Part shown: piece by piece, positions 7,756 to 16,944 of the stretch | Layout of the letters: the number at the start of each line of letters is the position of its first letter | Numbering within the stretch: position 1 is the first letter of the stretch | Virus record (IMG/VR): IMGVR_UViG_3300032313_000518 | Coordinates: 1 to 64,000 of that record | Length of the DNA stretch: 64,000 bases | Direction: 5' to 3' (one strand) | Source of the DNA: a virus | Made by a program: the position numbers and the translations under genes | Notes under the pieces: generated by a model | The model's input: the letters and a program-made list of their open reading frames with translations, nothing else | The model's database searches: none | What the model was told of the DNA's origin: nothing

Positions 7756-8924
7756 AATACGATTTAGAAGTTTTATCGGATTATATCAATAGAGGTTTGG
7801 TGATTAAACAAAATCATCCTACACTACCTTTATCTATATACAACTATTCCCGTGAATGCCAATACAATGGTATGTGGGATGATATTACTTTGAATTGCAG
7901 AGGATTGGTTTTGGATAACGAAGGTAATGTTGTTGCTAAACCTTTTCCAAAGTTCTTTAACTACGAAGAGCACAAACCAGAGGATATCCCAAATGAAAAC
8001 TTTGAGGTTTATGAGAAGATGGATGGTTCATTGGGTATATTCTTTTACTATGAGGAAGAGTTGAGTGATGAAAGAAGATATAACATATGGTTTAATAACA
8101 ATTACGAAACAGGTATGGAAAGGTTCTTTGACCCAAACAACTTACCCAACTTCGATGACCCATACTATGAACCTACACCAAAAATAAAAGGTGAATGGCA
8201 TATGGCAACTCGTGGTTCATTTACTTCCGAACAAGCAATCAAAGGCATGGAGATTGCAAAGAGATACAACTACGATAAGAAATGCGTACCTGGCTACACA
8301 TACCTTTTTGAAATCATTTATCCTGAAAATCGTATAGTTGTGGATTATGGAAAGGAAGAGCGATTGGTATTATTAGGTGTGATGAATCGAAGAGGTGAAG
8401 AGTTTCCTTATGAAGAGCTTGTGGAAGATGGTTGGGATATCGTAATGAAGTATAAGACTTGGGGAGAAGATTGGGAAACTTTGAAAAAAGAAATATCCAA
8501 AGACAATGAAGGATATGTAATTCGTTTTTCAGGCGGTATGCGAATGAAGATTAAAGGTGATGAGTATGTTCGTCTACATAGAATCTTAACTAATTTTTCC
8601 ACCAAAGATATATGGGAACTGTTAAGAAATAACGAACAGTTAGAACCATTTTTGGAAAGAGTACCTGATGAGTTTGATGTTTGGGTAAGGGAAGTTGTTA
8701 GGGATTTACAAACTCAATATAATACCATCTTAAACGATTACCGAACTATTTTATTTAATATATGGCATCCTGATAAGAAGGTATTTGCCGAATACGCTAA
8801 AAGATATCCACACCCATCTTTGTTGTTTGCTTTGTACGATGGTAAGAATGAATCTGCATATGATTACGTTTGGAAAATGATTAAACCAAAGTATGAAAAA
8901 CCTTTCAAAAAAGATGAAAAATAA
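7752..8924 (+). CDS. RNA ligase, T4 Rnl1 (RnlA) family
   Basis: CRGLVLD, PF.KFFNY.E, motif I EKMDGS, ATRGSF, FEII.PENRIVV.Y, EGYV, KIK. Confidence 0.9.
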   Translation: MKYDLEVLSDYINRGLVIKQNHPTLPLSIYNYSRECQYNGMWDDITLNCRGLVLDNEGNVVAKPFPKFFNYEEHKPEDIPNENFEVYEKMDGSLGIFFYYEEELSDERRYNIWFNNNYETGMERFFDPNNLPNFDDPYYEPTPKIKGEWHMATRGSFTSEQAIKGMEIAKRYNYDKKCVPGYTYLFEIIYPENRIVVDYGKEERLVLLGVMNRRGEEFPYEELVEDGWDIVMKYKTWGEDWETLKKEISKDNEGYVIRFSGGMRMKIKGDEYVRLHRILTNFSTKDIWELLRNNEQLEPFLERVPDEFDVWVREVVRDLQTQYNTILNDYRTILFNIWHPDKKVFAEYAKRYPHPSLLFALYDGKNESAYDYVWKMIKPKYEKPFKKDEK

Positions 8925-8935
8925 TTGATAAAAAG

Positions 8936-8967
8936 CTTGTATATGTCAATCTTTTTACTTACCTTTA
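8936..8967 (+). promoter_or_regulatory. early promoter CTTG-N20-TACCTTTA
   Basis: CTTG 8936-8939, TACCTTTA 8960-8967. Confidence 0.8.
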
Positions 8968-9067
8968 CTGTGTACTAAGAGATACACACTATGAAAGTTT
9001 TATTATTTGATTCGGTTTGGTTTGGTTTGAGAGTGTTAAAAATGTTAGGATACTAAACAATAGACAT

Positions 9068-9250
9068 ATGAAATGGTTTTACAGCGAAATGGGTAGTGTG
9101 AATAAGAAGACTGGAAAGTATAAGCACTATAAAGTAACAGTTGAAGATTGGAAGATTATGGGTTGTAACTGCGAAGCTAGAGATTTTCGTAAATATACAC
9201 CCTGTAAACATATGATTTCAATCCATAATAAGTTAGGACATAGTTTATAA
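9068..9250 (+). CDS. SWIM zinc-finger protein
   Basis: GCNCEARDFR..PCKHM (CxC-x-CxH). Confidence 0.75.
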   Translation: MKWFYSEMGSVNKKTGKYKHYKVTVEDWKIMGCNCEARDFRKYTPCKHMISIHNKLGHSL

Positions 9251-9268
9251 AAAATAATTAAGAAAAAG

Positions 9269-9300
9269 CTTGACATTATCAATTTTTTTGCATACCTTTA
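9269..9300 (+). promoter_or_regulatory. early promoter CTTG-N20-TACCTTTA
   Basis: CTTG 9269-9272, TACCTTTA 9293-9300. Confidence 0.8.
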
Positions 9301-9322
9301 TTAAGTAATAAATAACAAACAT

Positions 9323-9589
9323 ATGAACATTCAATTCAAAAAACCCAACAAAAATCATCCCCAACCATTTATCCGTCATTCGAACTTTTCGATTATGAAA
9401 GCTGAAACTGAAAAGTATCCCGAAATGGTTGAAATCCTAAGAGGACCTTCTTACGCTAGAAAATTCTTTGGTAAGAAATTCATAAACATTGAATCTGCTA
9501 TCAAAAGTGTAGATTTGATATGTGCAGAACGTATGATTGCAAAGCAGTCAATGGTTGAAACCGAGTCAATAGAGAACGCTTGGTGTTAA
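9323..9589 (+). CDS. hypothetical protein
   Basis: 88 aa ORF directly after promoter. Confidence 0.7.
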   Translation: MNIQFKKPNKNHPQPFIRHSNFSIMKAETEKYPEMVEILRGPSYARKFFGKKFINIESAIKSVDLICAERMIAKQSMVETESIENAWC

Positions 9590-9613
9590 ACCTTAAAAAA
9601 AACTTAAAGAATA

Positions 9614-9645
9614 TTAGGATTTTTGATATTTTTTTTGTATATTTG
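9614..9645 (+). promoter_or_regulatory. Bacteroidota-type promoter TTAG-N20-TATATTTG
   Basis: Matches the TAnnTTTG -7 consensus. Confidence 0.8.
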
Positions 9646-9680
9646 TATAATTATAATTAATAACCTTAAACAAAAGTAAA

Positions 9681-9845
9681 ATGAAAAAATTATTAGCATT
9701 AGCGTTTATCGCATCTGGATTAGTATTAGCAGCATGTGGTGAATCAAAACAAGAAGTTGCAAGTGATTCGTTAGCAGTTGATACAATTGCAGTTGATAGT
9801 GTAGCAGCAGATTCAGCAGCAGTTGATACAGCAGTTGCAAAGTAA
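9681..9845 (+). CDS. small lipoprotein (54 aa) with five D-S/T-hydrophobic motifs
   Basis: MKKLLALAFIASGLVLAA-C-GESKQEVASDSLAVDTIAVDSVAADSAAVDTAVAK; lipobox LAAC; own promoter and terminator; not in the ORF track. Confidence 0.85.
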   Translation: MKKLLALAFIASGLVLAACGESKQEVASDSLAVDTIAVDSVAADSAAVDTAVAK

Positions 9846-9872
9846 AAATTAAATTTTGATTGTGAATAATGG

Positions 9873-9904
9873 AAAGGGATAGACTTTTAGTTTATCCCTT
9901 TTTT
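9873..9904 (+). terminator. intrinsic terminator
   Basis: AAAGGGATAGAC-TTTTA-GTTTATCCCTTT followed by T-tract. Confidence 0.85.
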
Positions 9905-9941
9905 GTTGCCTAAAAATAATTTAAAAATATTTTGGTAAAAG

Positions 9942-10019
9942 CTTGTTTATATCGATTTTTTTACTTACCTTTATTATATGTGAGAGAGACAGTTCTCTTC
10001 CTTTTAACCCCACATTGAT
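9942..10019 (+). promoter_or_regulatory. early promoter cassette
   Basis: CTTG 9942, TACCTTTA 9966-9973, GAGAGAGACAGTTCTC, AACCCC. Confidence 0.85.
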
Positions 10020-10211
10020 ATGAATTATCCAAAAAAACTTAATGAGTATGTTCACTTCATCACTATCATCTATGGTGGTACAATGCGTAAAGAAGGTATC
10101 ATAGAATGTATTATGGCTAACACTATTGGTTACGCTAATGGATTAGTATCCCGTACTACTTATAGAGGAGCCGAAAAACATTTTGTAAATTTATTAAAAA
10201 ATATTTCGTAA
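10020..10211 (+). CDS. hypothetical early protein
   Basis: 63 aa ORF after promoter cassette. Confidence 0.7.
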   Translation: MNYPKKLNEYVHFITIIYGGTMRKEGIIECIMANTIGYANGLVSRTTYRGAEKHFVNLLKNIS

Positions 10212-10215
10212 AAGG

Positions 10216-10295
10216 CTTGTTTAATTCAATAATTTTACTTACCTTTATTATATGAGAGTGAGGGATGTTCCTCCTCCATTAACCCCCCCTTTGTT
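10216..10295 (+). promoter_or_regulatory. early promoter cassette
   Basis: CTTG 10216, TACCTTTA 10240-10247, GAGG..CCTC hairpin, long C-tract. Confidence 0.85.
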
Positions 10296-10523
10296 ATGAA
10301 TATTAGAAATTATTATGTGAATGAGTTCCCATCAGATGAGTTAGGTTTAGAGATTGACCCAAAAGCCAACTTCGAATCTTTATGGCTCGCAATTCGTGGT
10401 GATATGGTCTATGAATACATTGGTGTTTCTGATAGTGTGATACGAGAGAGATTGTTTGAAAAGTTTTCCGAACTCACCGGTCATACTTACGATTACATTT
10501 ATCAAGAATGGTTAAACGCCTAA
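10296..10523 (+). CDS. hypothetical early protein
   Basis: 75 aa; Y.YIGVSDSVIRERLF..Y..IY..WL. Confidence 0.75.
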   Translation: MNIRNYYVNEFPSDELGLEIDPKANFESLWLAIRGDMVYEYIGVSDSVIRERLFEKFSELTGHTYDYIYQEWLNA

Positions 10524-10728
10524 TCAAATTTTAATTTTAAATTTATTTCTTAATTATTGTTTCACTAAAATAAAATGTTATGCAAGAAGTACCTAAATTA
10601 CCCTTCACAACAATGGATTACATTGTACATGGATTTCATTTAGTATGTTTACTTTCAATCATTGTATTGGGAGTAGCATATATTATTCACGATTTCAAAA
10701 CATATAAACCCAAAGATAGATTTTAGAT

Positions 10729-10977
10729 ATGGCAGTATATAAACAACTTATGGTAATACTTATCGGACTATTTATAGGAGTGGTTTCAATAAGTATAGTT
10801 GCATTTGTACCTAGCAAATCGGATAAAGCTAAGTACACCATTACATCAGAAAACGGAAAAACCTATTATGCAAATACATTTAGAGTGTATGGTAGAGGAG
10901 TTATGTTTGATGATATTTATGGTAACACAATCATCGTTCAGGGTGACTTGGAAATTAAATGTAAAAAAACTGAATGA
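10729..10977 (+). CDS. membrane-anchored hypothetical protein
   Basis: N-terminal hydrophobic helix. Confidence 0.65.
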   Translation: MAVYKQLMVILIGLFIGVVSISIVAFVPSKSDKAKYTITSENGKTYYANTFRVYGRGVMFDDIYGNTIIVQGDLEIKCKKTE

Positions 10978-11273
10978 AACTATTAAGTAAAACAAAAGAA
11001 ATATTTGAGGCTTGGGCAATATCGTTTAATCCAAATGATGCCCAAGCTGAATTAGCATCAGAACGTATTCAGATTTGTGATGCCTGTGAACATAAAGCAT
11101 TAGAACCTTACATTCATTGTAATCAATGCGGATGTGCTCTTAAAGCAAAGATATACACCCCTAAAACGTTTATGGATGAAGGTGGTTCATGTCCTAAAGC
11201 AAGATGGAAAGCAGTTGAAATTGAATACCTTAAAACAAAAAATTTAAATCGTTATAACGAACTAAACAAATGA
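10974..11273 (+). CDS. Cys-rich zinc-binding protein (DUF6171-like)
   Basis: ER..IC..CEH...C..CGC.LKAK....CP..RW. Confidence 0.7.
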   Translation: MKLLSKTKEIFEAWAISFNPNDAQAELASERIQICDACEHKALEPYIHCNQCGCALKAKIYTPKTFMDEGGSCPKARWKAVEIEYLKTKNLNRYNELNK

Positions 11274-11416
11274 TAGAATTTGTAAAGCATGCATTGGGGT
11301 TATGTGGGGAACATTGGCATCCTAACCTATTTACAATAATAGCAAGTGGATTTGGATTATTACCGGCATTGGAATATGTTAAATACAAATACTTTAAGAA
11401 TGGAAGAACCAAATAG
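11270..11416 (+). CDS. small membrane protein (48 aa)
   Basis: MIEFVKHALGLCGEHWHPNLFTIIASGFGLLPALEYVKYKYFKNGRTK; start overlaps upstream stop. Confidence 0.6.
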   Translation: MIEFVKHALGLCGEHWHPNLFTIIASGFGLLPALEYVKYKYFKNGRTK

Positions 11417-11666
11417 TGAAGTAGAAGTATTGGAAAAAATTGAGAAGCAACATCAAATCGTAGTTTACAATGATAATGTAAATACGTTTGAACACGTCAT
11501 TATGTGTTTAATAATTATATGTTCGCATGAAATGGAACAGGCGGAACAATGTGCAATGATGATACACCACAAAGGAAAATGTGGGGTTAAATCAGGTGGT
11601 ATGGATGAATTACTTCCTATTGCTGAAGCATTGGATAGGGAAGGATTGCACATACAAATCGTTTAA
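11400..11666 (+). CDS. clpS: ATP-dependent Clp protease adaptor ClpS
   Basis: IVVYNDNVNTFEHVI.CL...C.H..EQAEQCA..IH.KGKC.VKSG; start set at ATG 11400. Confidence 0.9.
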   Translation: MEEPNSEVEVLEKIEKQHQIVVYNDNVNTFEHVIMCLIIICSHEMEQAEQCAMMIHHKGKCGVKSGGMDELLPIAEALDREGLHIQIV

Positions 11667-11678
11667 TTTATATCCTTT

Positions 11679-11686
11679 ATATTTAT
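11679..11686 (+). promoter_or_regulatory. putative late promoter ATATTTAT
   Basis: Same intergenic octamer at 18986, 20574, 26070, 26689, 33881, 40905, 48824, 49893, 51838, 53316, 57149 and 63861. Confidence 0.65.
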
Positions 11687-11858
11687 ATTCAAATGTAATA
11701 TAAGTGGAGACAATGAAAATTAACGTATTAGAAACAAACCAAACTTTGAAGTATAATAATCGATTTGATTTCTTAAATAAAATTGTATCGTTACAATCTA
11801 AAAAAGGAAAAGCAATCAAAAACCAATCCCCACAACGTAGAGCTAAAAAGATTAAAAA

Positions 11859-12611
11859 ATGATTAAGTTAAAATCCATATTATCCGAAGACCTTCGTAAT
11901 TGGTTTGGTAAAGGTAAGGAGGGTTCAACTACCGGTGGTGGGTGGGATAGATACGATTCTACTGGAAAGAAAGTTGGTAAGTGTGGTGATTCAAAAGAAG
12001 GAGACCCTTATGCAGCTTGTTTATCAAAAGAGAAAGCAGCCAAATTAGGTAAAGATGGAATTGCATCATTTGTAAAAAGAAAAAGAGCTGCACAATCTAA
12101 AGCAGGTGATTCTGAAAAAGGTGGTGAACAAAAGAAAGGACAGAAACCCACATTTGTAAAAACAGGAGCTAGTGAGGGATTGGATGAGAAGTGGTCTCAA
12201 AAATATAAAAAATCAATTAATTGTAGTAATCCGAAAGGATTCTCACAAAAAGCACATTGCCAGGGTAGAAAGAAAAACGAATTGGTTGAAGAGGCAATGG
12301 AATTATTTTTAGAGAAGAATTGTCCAACCGATTCGGCAAAGTGGTCAGCATCTAAAGCAGCAGCTAAAAAGAAGTTTGATGTATATCCATCAGCTTATGC
12401 AAATGGTTGGGCGGCAAAGAACTACAAATCAAAAGGTGGTGGTTGGAAAGTGTGTAAAGAAAGTGTTATAAAAGAAGAGGAGTCTGAAATGAATCCAAAG
12501 GTATTAGATATATCATCTGAACAAGATAAGAAAAGAAAGGAATTGGATATATACGATGAACCTAATTATGATAGTACATATTATTACACCGGAATGCAAG
12601 GTAAGAGTTAA
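11859..12611 (+). CDS. basic modular protein, probable virion internal (head) protein
   Basis: MIKLKSILSE N-terminus; modules LRNWF..GGW, KWSQKYKKSINCSNPKGFSQKAHC and KKFDVYPSAYANGW separated by xxE junctions. Confidence 0.65.
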   Translation: MIKLKSILSEDLRNWFGKGKEGSTTGGGWDRYDSTGKKVGKCGDSKEGDPYAACLSKEKAAKLGKDGIASFVKRKRAAQSKAGDSEKGGEQKKGQKPTFVKTGASEGLDEKWSQKYKKSINCSNPKGFSQKAHCQGRKKNELVEEAMELFLEKNCPTDSAKWSASKAAAKKKFDVYPSAYANGWAAKNYKSKGGGWKVCKESVIKEEESEMNPKVLDISSEQDKKRKELDIYDEPNYDSTYYYTGMQGKS

Positions 12612-12642
12612 AAAAGAAAGGGAAGATTTACTTCCCTTTTTT
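12610..12642. terminator. bidirectional terminator between convergent genes
   Basis: AAAGGGAAG-ATTTA-CTTCCCTTT flanked by A and T tracts. Confidence 0.85.
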
Positions 12643-12645
12643 ATT

Positions 12646-13056
12646 TTAATCCATTAACAACTTATCATCATCTTTACTACTTTGATTTGTAAATATATTA
12701 TTAGTTGTTGGTATTGTATATGTACTACCATTTCCGCTACTATCGGTGTAAGTTAAAGTTGCACCATTTGGAAATTGTGTTGTAGTAACCGAACCTCCTG
12801 TTGTAATAGTTCCTGAAGAACTAGTTCCACTCAATGGCATAATATTTGGAGTTCCAGTTGATATCCAGCCACCACCTAATTGTGGTACTATTGCCGGTGT
12901 TCCAAAGCCACCATTACTAATAGGAAATCCAATAGGAGTATCCTCTACTTCTTTTAATTTTTCTCTGATTGAATCGAATTGTCTTTTGGTGATATTGTAT
13001 CCATCTACCGCATCTAAAAAACCTTTCAACCATTGTGTGTATTCTTGACTAGTCAT
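12646..13056 (-). CDS. hypothetical protein with T/G/S-rich tail
   Basis: MTSQEYTQWLKGFLDA N-terminal helix followed by low-complexity sequence. Confidence 0.7.
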   Translation of the reverse strand: MTSQEYTQWLKGFLDAVDGYNITKRQFDSIREKLKEVEDTPIGFPISNGGFGTPAIVPQLGGGWISTGTPNIMPLSGTSSSGTITTGGSVTTTQFPNGATLTYTDSSGNGSTYTIPTTNNIFTNQSSKDDDKLLMD

Positions 13057-13067
13057 AATATATTCTT

Positions 13068-13607
13068 TTATAAAAGTGATAAAATTGTATCTATACTTTT
13101 TTCGTTTACTTTAATCGGATAATAATCAATATCGTATTGTTTTAATATTGTTGTTATATCATCATCAATCTCTTTACTTTCTTCCAAACCCTGAAATCTA
13201 CCATCGGGCTGAAACATAGAGTCATCTCTTTCCAATACAATGTTAATAGAGTTGTACTGCTTATGTAAATCAACTACAAACTCATCGAATGTAAATCCGT
13301 AAAACGATGATGGATAATCATAATGAGTAGAGTATCGATTCTTATAAACCAAACTTAACATAATAGGTGAATCCACCACAATATAATCAACTTGCTCATA
13401 TAACCTTGCTATGTTCCTATGCTGATTAGCCAATACATACAATTGGTCTTTCACCATTTCGTAACTCTTATCCCACGCTAATAACTTTGGAAACTCATAT
13501 GGCATTTCTACATTCATATTAAGTTTCTTCATTTCATAATATAGACCGGCGGCTTGTGTGGATTTTCCAATGCCAGGTCCTCCAAATAAATTAATTATCT
13601 TTGTCAT
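13068..13607 (-). CDS. P-loop nucleotide kinase (NadR/AAA_28-like)
   Basis: NLFGGPGIGKST, E.PK.LAW, VDSP, GRFQ..EES. Confidence 0.85.
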   Translation of the reverse strand: MTKIINLFGGPGIGKSTQAAGLYYEMKKLNMNVEMPYEFPKLLAWDKSYEMVKDQLYVLANQHRNIARLYEQVDYIVVDSPIMLSLVYKNRYSTHYDYPSSFYGFTFDEFVVDLHKQYNSINIVLERDDSMFQPDGRFQGLEESKEIDDDITTILKQYDIDYYPIKVNEKSIDTILSLL

Positions 13608-13611
13608 AAAT

Positions 13612-13640
13612 AAAAAGGGAGGGTGTTTATCCCCTCCCCT
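13612..13640 (-). terminator. intrinsic terminator after TBDR
   Basis: GGGAGGG..CCCTCCC stem with plus-strand A5 (U-tract on minus). Confidence 0.75.
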
Positions 13641-13646
13641 TAATTA

Positions 13647-16600
13647 TTAGTTAAATAGGTATCTTACACCCAATTGAATTTGGTAGCGAGAACCAAATCC
13701 TACGTTATCTCTGAATGAATCAGTAAACGGAACTTTGTTTCTTCCATCCAAATAAGGGAATGAGAAGATTGGTGTTTTACCATCAGTATCCAATTTAACA
13801 AAGTTAAGAGGAGTGATTGTTGTAGGTAATTGTTGAACACCTAATTTGCTACTAATAAAGTTTGTGAAGTTATATACATCAGCAGTAAAACGCAATGTAT
13901 GCTTTATAGCTCCAACTTTAATGTAAACGTCTTGCGTTAAATTCAAATCTAATCTATGAACCCACGGAAGAACCAATGCTTGTCTTTCCGCCATCATACC
14001 TCTACGAGTTGAAAGGTAAGGATTGTTTGAAATGAAAGCATCCAATTGAGACCATAATTCAGCTTGTGTTCTTGTATCAGCTACACCACTTACCGCAGAT
14101 GCATTAGTTAATTTAATTTGAGATGCATCTTTAGGAACGAAGATTATATCGTTACCATTGAAACCATCGTTATTCAAATCACCACCATATGTGTATGAAA
14201 GAGATGCCTGTGGAGCATTTGGTGAAGCCTCATATAATAAACCAATTGAAGTTTTTGTATTCTTAATAAACTCTTTACCATAATTCACACTTGCAATAAT
14301 TCTATGTGGTAAGTAGTTGTTTGAAAAACCTGCTTCAAAGTTGTTAGGGTCAGTACCAGTCGGTCTAGCTCCCCACATTGTAAATGCAGTAGAACCATTG
14401 ATTGTTGCATCTACTGCCGTTTGACGAGTATAAGAAGCGTTTACACCTAAGTTATTGAATTGTCTTTGGATTTGTAATGTTCCAAATAAAGTATGGCCAA
14501 TGTTTGCATTAGTCATATAGATTGCGTTACCAATGTTTGGATTTTGTGGAGTTTGAGCTGCACCAACCGCATCATATACCGAACGTTTAACAAAACGAGT
14601 TCTACCATCACTTAATGTTGTGTTACCCTCCGAAGGTAATGCAACGTTTTGGAAAACAGTAGCGTTGATATTTTGGATATAAGTTCCCTCCGCAGTTACG
14701 GTCCAACCTAATACTTTCTTATCAACTGCTAATGTAGATTTCCAAACCTGTGGGAATTTATAATTAGGGTCAGTTACGTTAAGAGAATATGATTTGGATA
14801 AACCTGGCGTTGGAGTTGGTCTATACTTATCAATATCCGGTGAGAACACATATCCAGTTCCATTTGTAATAGAGCCAAATAATGCCATACCACTATTAGA
14901 TGCCTGATTTGAAATCCATACAAATGGCGGAGGTCCTTGGAATAAACCAGTACCACCTCGTATTTGTAAAGTTTGGTCATCATTCACATCCCAGTTAAAT
15001 CCAACTCTTGGTGATATTTGTAGTGAAGCAGATGGTGCTAAACCTGTGTTTAATTTCGTACCATTATAGAACTTATCTAAACCTGCAACTACTGGATTGA
15101 AAAGGAAGTTATCAGCAAACGAAACATAATCAGCTCTAATACCATATGTTAAAGTTAGATTATCTTTTATTCTAAACTTATCCTGCGCAAATAAACTCAA
15201 CTCCGTATTCTTTGGTCCAACCAAAGGAAACCCACCACTCAATGAATATGATAAATCATAGAATGCTGCTGGTTTTGTTCCTGCTGCCGAAGCGTAGAAA
15301 TCTGCTAAACTATTGAAACGATACGCACCTGCGAATGAAGGTGAGAAACCATTTGAATAAGTTTTGAATGAGTTTTGTGTACCAAATGTAAATTCGTGCT
15401 TACCTTTATATAAGTTGAAAATGTTATTAATTTGGATTACATCACTATTTAATACGTTACCATATGTAAATCTTTCATAACCAAATGTTGTATAAGGTAA
15501 ACCATTACCATCTAAGATATCCACTTGTGGGAAATTACCAACACTTAAAGGTGCTCTATAATCTCTCAATTGAGTATATCCAATTTGTAATTTATTATTT
15601 GCTGAATTAGAGAAACGAGTATTCAATTCACCAATTAAGATATCCGCATCATTGTTGATAACATAACCACTACCAAAGAAAGGCATTGCGGTGTTACCCG
15701 GTCTTCTACCATTTGATGAGTTGATTGAACCACTATTAGATGCTGGGATATCTGCTGAAGAACGTAACATTGTATATTTCAATGAGAACGAATTCTTTGC
15801 ATTAATATTCCAATCCAACTTTGTAGTTAATCTTTGTGATTTAGAACCATACTGATAACCCTGATATGAACCCGGATTATAATTGTATTTATCGATTAAG
15901 AATTTTTGTAAAGCATCTAAATCAGCTGCTTTAGCTTGTGAGATATTGATACCATTGGGATTGTTGTTAGCATCAGATGCTGTCCATTGTGTACCCGGCT
16001 CCATTCTTTCTTCTTGCTCTCCGTTTAGGAAGAAGAACAACTTATCCTTAACAATCGCACCACCTGTGGTGAAACCTTTAAGGTCATATGTAAATGGTTG
16101 TTGTGGTAAAGTGATATCACCCACCTTATAACCTTGTAAATCTTTATTCTTAAAATATTGGTAAACCGAACCAAATGCCTGATTCTTACCACTACGAGTT
16201 ACTGTATTCACCGAGCCACCTGCGAATCCACCATACTTAACATCAAAAGGAGAAACGTTTACTTGAATTTGTTCAATCGCATCCAATGAGATTGGTTGTG
16301 CTCCCGTCTGTCCTCCCAATGTTCCATCACCCAATCCAAATGAGTTATTGAAGTTCGCACCATCCAATGTTACGTTGTTCAATTGAGAACTCATACCGCC
16401 AAACGATAAGTTGTTTTGCGATGGTACTAATTTAACTAAATCTTTCCAACTACGATTTACGTTTGGTACTGATTCGATTAATCTTCTATTGATAATCTCC
16501 TGCGAACCATTACGGCTTGAGTTGAAAACTTTGTTTTGACCTGATACAACTACAACTTCATTTAACGTAGTAGATGATTCCACTAAATTAAAATTAGCTT

Positions 16601-16907
16601 TGTGTGTCTGTCCTAACAATAATGTAATATCATTTTGTGTTTCGGTTTTGTAACCTACAAATGATACTGTCACTACATACGGTCCTCCAATTTTTAAGTT
16701 TGGTAGGTTATATCTTCCATCAGCACGAGTGGTTGTACCATACTTCGTACCGGTTGGTTGATGGGTAGCTTGTACAGTTGCACCTGCAATAGCTTCCTTA
16801 CCTGCCAAAACATTCCCTTGAATTTCTGATGTAGTTTCTTGTGCTTTTGCTACAAATGTTGATACGAATACCAACAAAAGTAACATTAGATTTTTTAACT
16901 TTCTCAT
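13647..16907 (-). CDS. TonB-dependent outer-membrane receptor (Oar-like, N-terminal carboxypeptidase-regulatory-like domain)
   Basis: Signal peptide; GATV.ATH.PTGT.YGT.T.ADGRY; plug PISLDAIEQIQV..SPFDV..GGF.GG.VN.VT.SG.N; SPRVGFNWD; C-terminal QLGVRYLFN. Confidence 0.92.
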   Translation of the reverse strand: MRKLKNLMLLLLVFVSTFVAKAQETTSEIQGNVLAGKEAIAGATVQATHQPTGTKYGTTTRADGRYNLPNLKIGGPYVVTVSFVGYKTETQNDITLLLGQTHKANFNLVESSTTLNEVVVVSGQNKVFNSSRNGSQEIINRRLIESVPNVNRSWKDLVKLVPSQNNLSFGGMSSQLNNVTLDGANFNNSFGLGDGTLGGQTGAQPISLDAIEQIQVNVSPFDVKYGGFAGGSVNTVTRSGKNQAFGSVYQYFKNKDLQGYKVGDITLPQQPFTYDLKGFTTGGAIVKDKLFFFLNGEQEERMEPGTQWTASDANNNPNGINISQAKAADLDALQKFLIDKYNYNPGSYQGYQYGSKSQRLTTKLDWNINAKNSFSLKYTMLRSSADIPASNSGSINSSNGRRPGNTAMPFFGSGYVINNDADILIGELNTRFSNSANNKLQIGYTQLRDYRAPLSVGNFPQVDILDGNGLPYTTFGYERFTYGNVLNSDVIQINNIFNLYKGKHEFTFGTQNSFKTYSNGFSPSFAGAYRFNSLADFYASAAGTKPAAFYDLSYSLSGGFPLVGPKNTELSLFAQDKFRIKDNLTLTYGIRADYVSFADNFLFNPVVAGLDKFYNGTKLNTGLAPSASLQISPRVGFNWDVNDDQTLQIRGGTGLFQGPPPFVWISNQASNSGMALFGSITNGTGYVFSPDIDKYRPTPTPGLSKSYSLNVTDPNYKFPQVWKSTLAVDKKVLGWTVTAEGTYIQNINATVFQNVALPSEGNTTLSDGRTRFVKRSVYDAVGAAQTPQNPNIGNAIYMTNANIGHTLFGTLQIQRQFNNLGVNASYTRQTAVDATINGSTAFTMWGARPTGTDPNNFEAGFSNNYLPHRIIASVNYGKEFIKNTKTSIGLLYEASPNAPQASLSYTYGGDLNNDGFNGNDIIFVPKDASQIKLTNASAVSGVADTRTQAELWSQLDAFISNNPYLSTRRGMMAERQALVLPWVHRLDLNLTQDVYIKVGAIKHTLRFTADVYNFTNFISSKLGVQQLPTTITPLNFVKLDTDGKTPIFSFPYLDGRNKVPFTDSFRDNVGFGSRYQIQLGVRYLFN

Positions 16908-16944
16908 ACTTTTTTTGTTTTTGTTTTGTTTGTTTAATTAAAAT

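Noticed and set aside
455-10295. CRISPR array from the repeated GCTTGTTTATATC...TACCTTTA sequences
   Set aside because: Copies are dispersed, each precedes a gene, and they match promoter geometry; no regular spacers or cas genes
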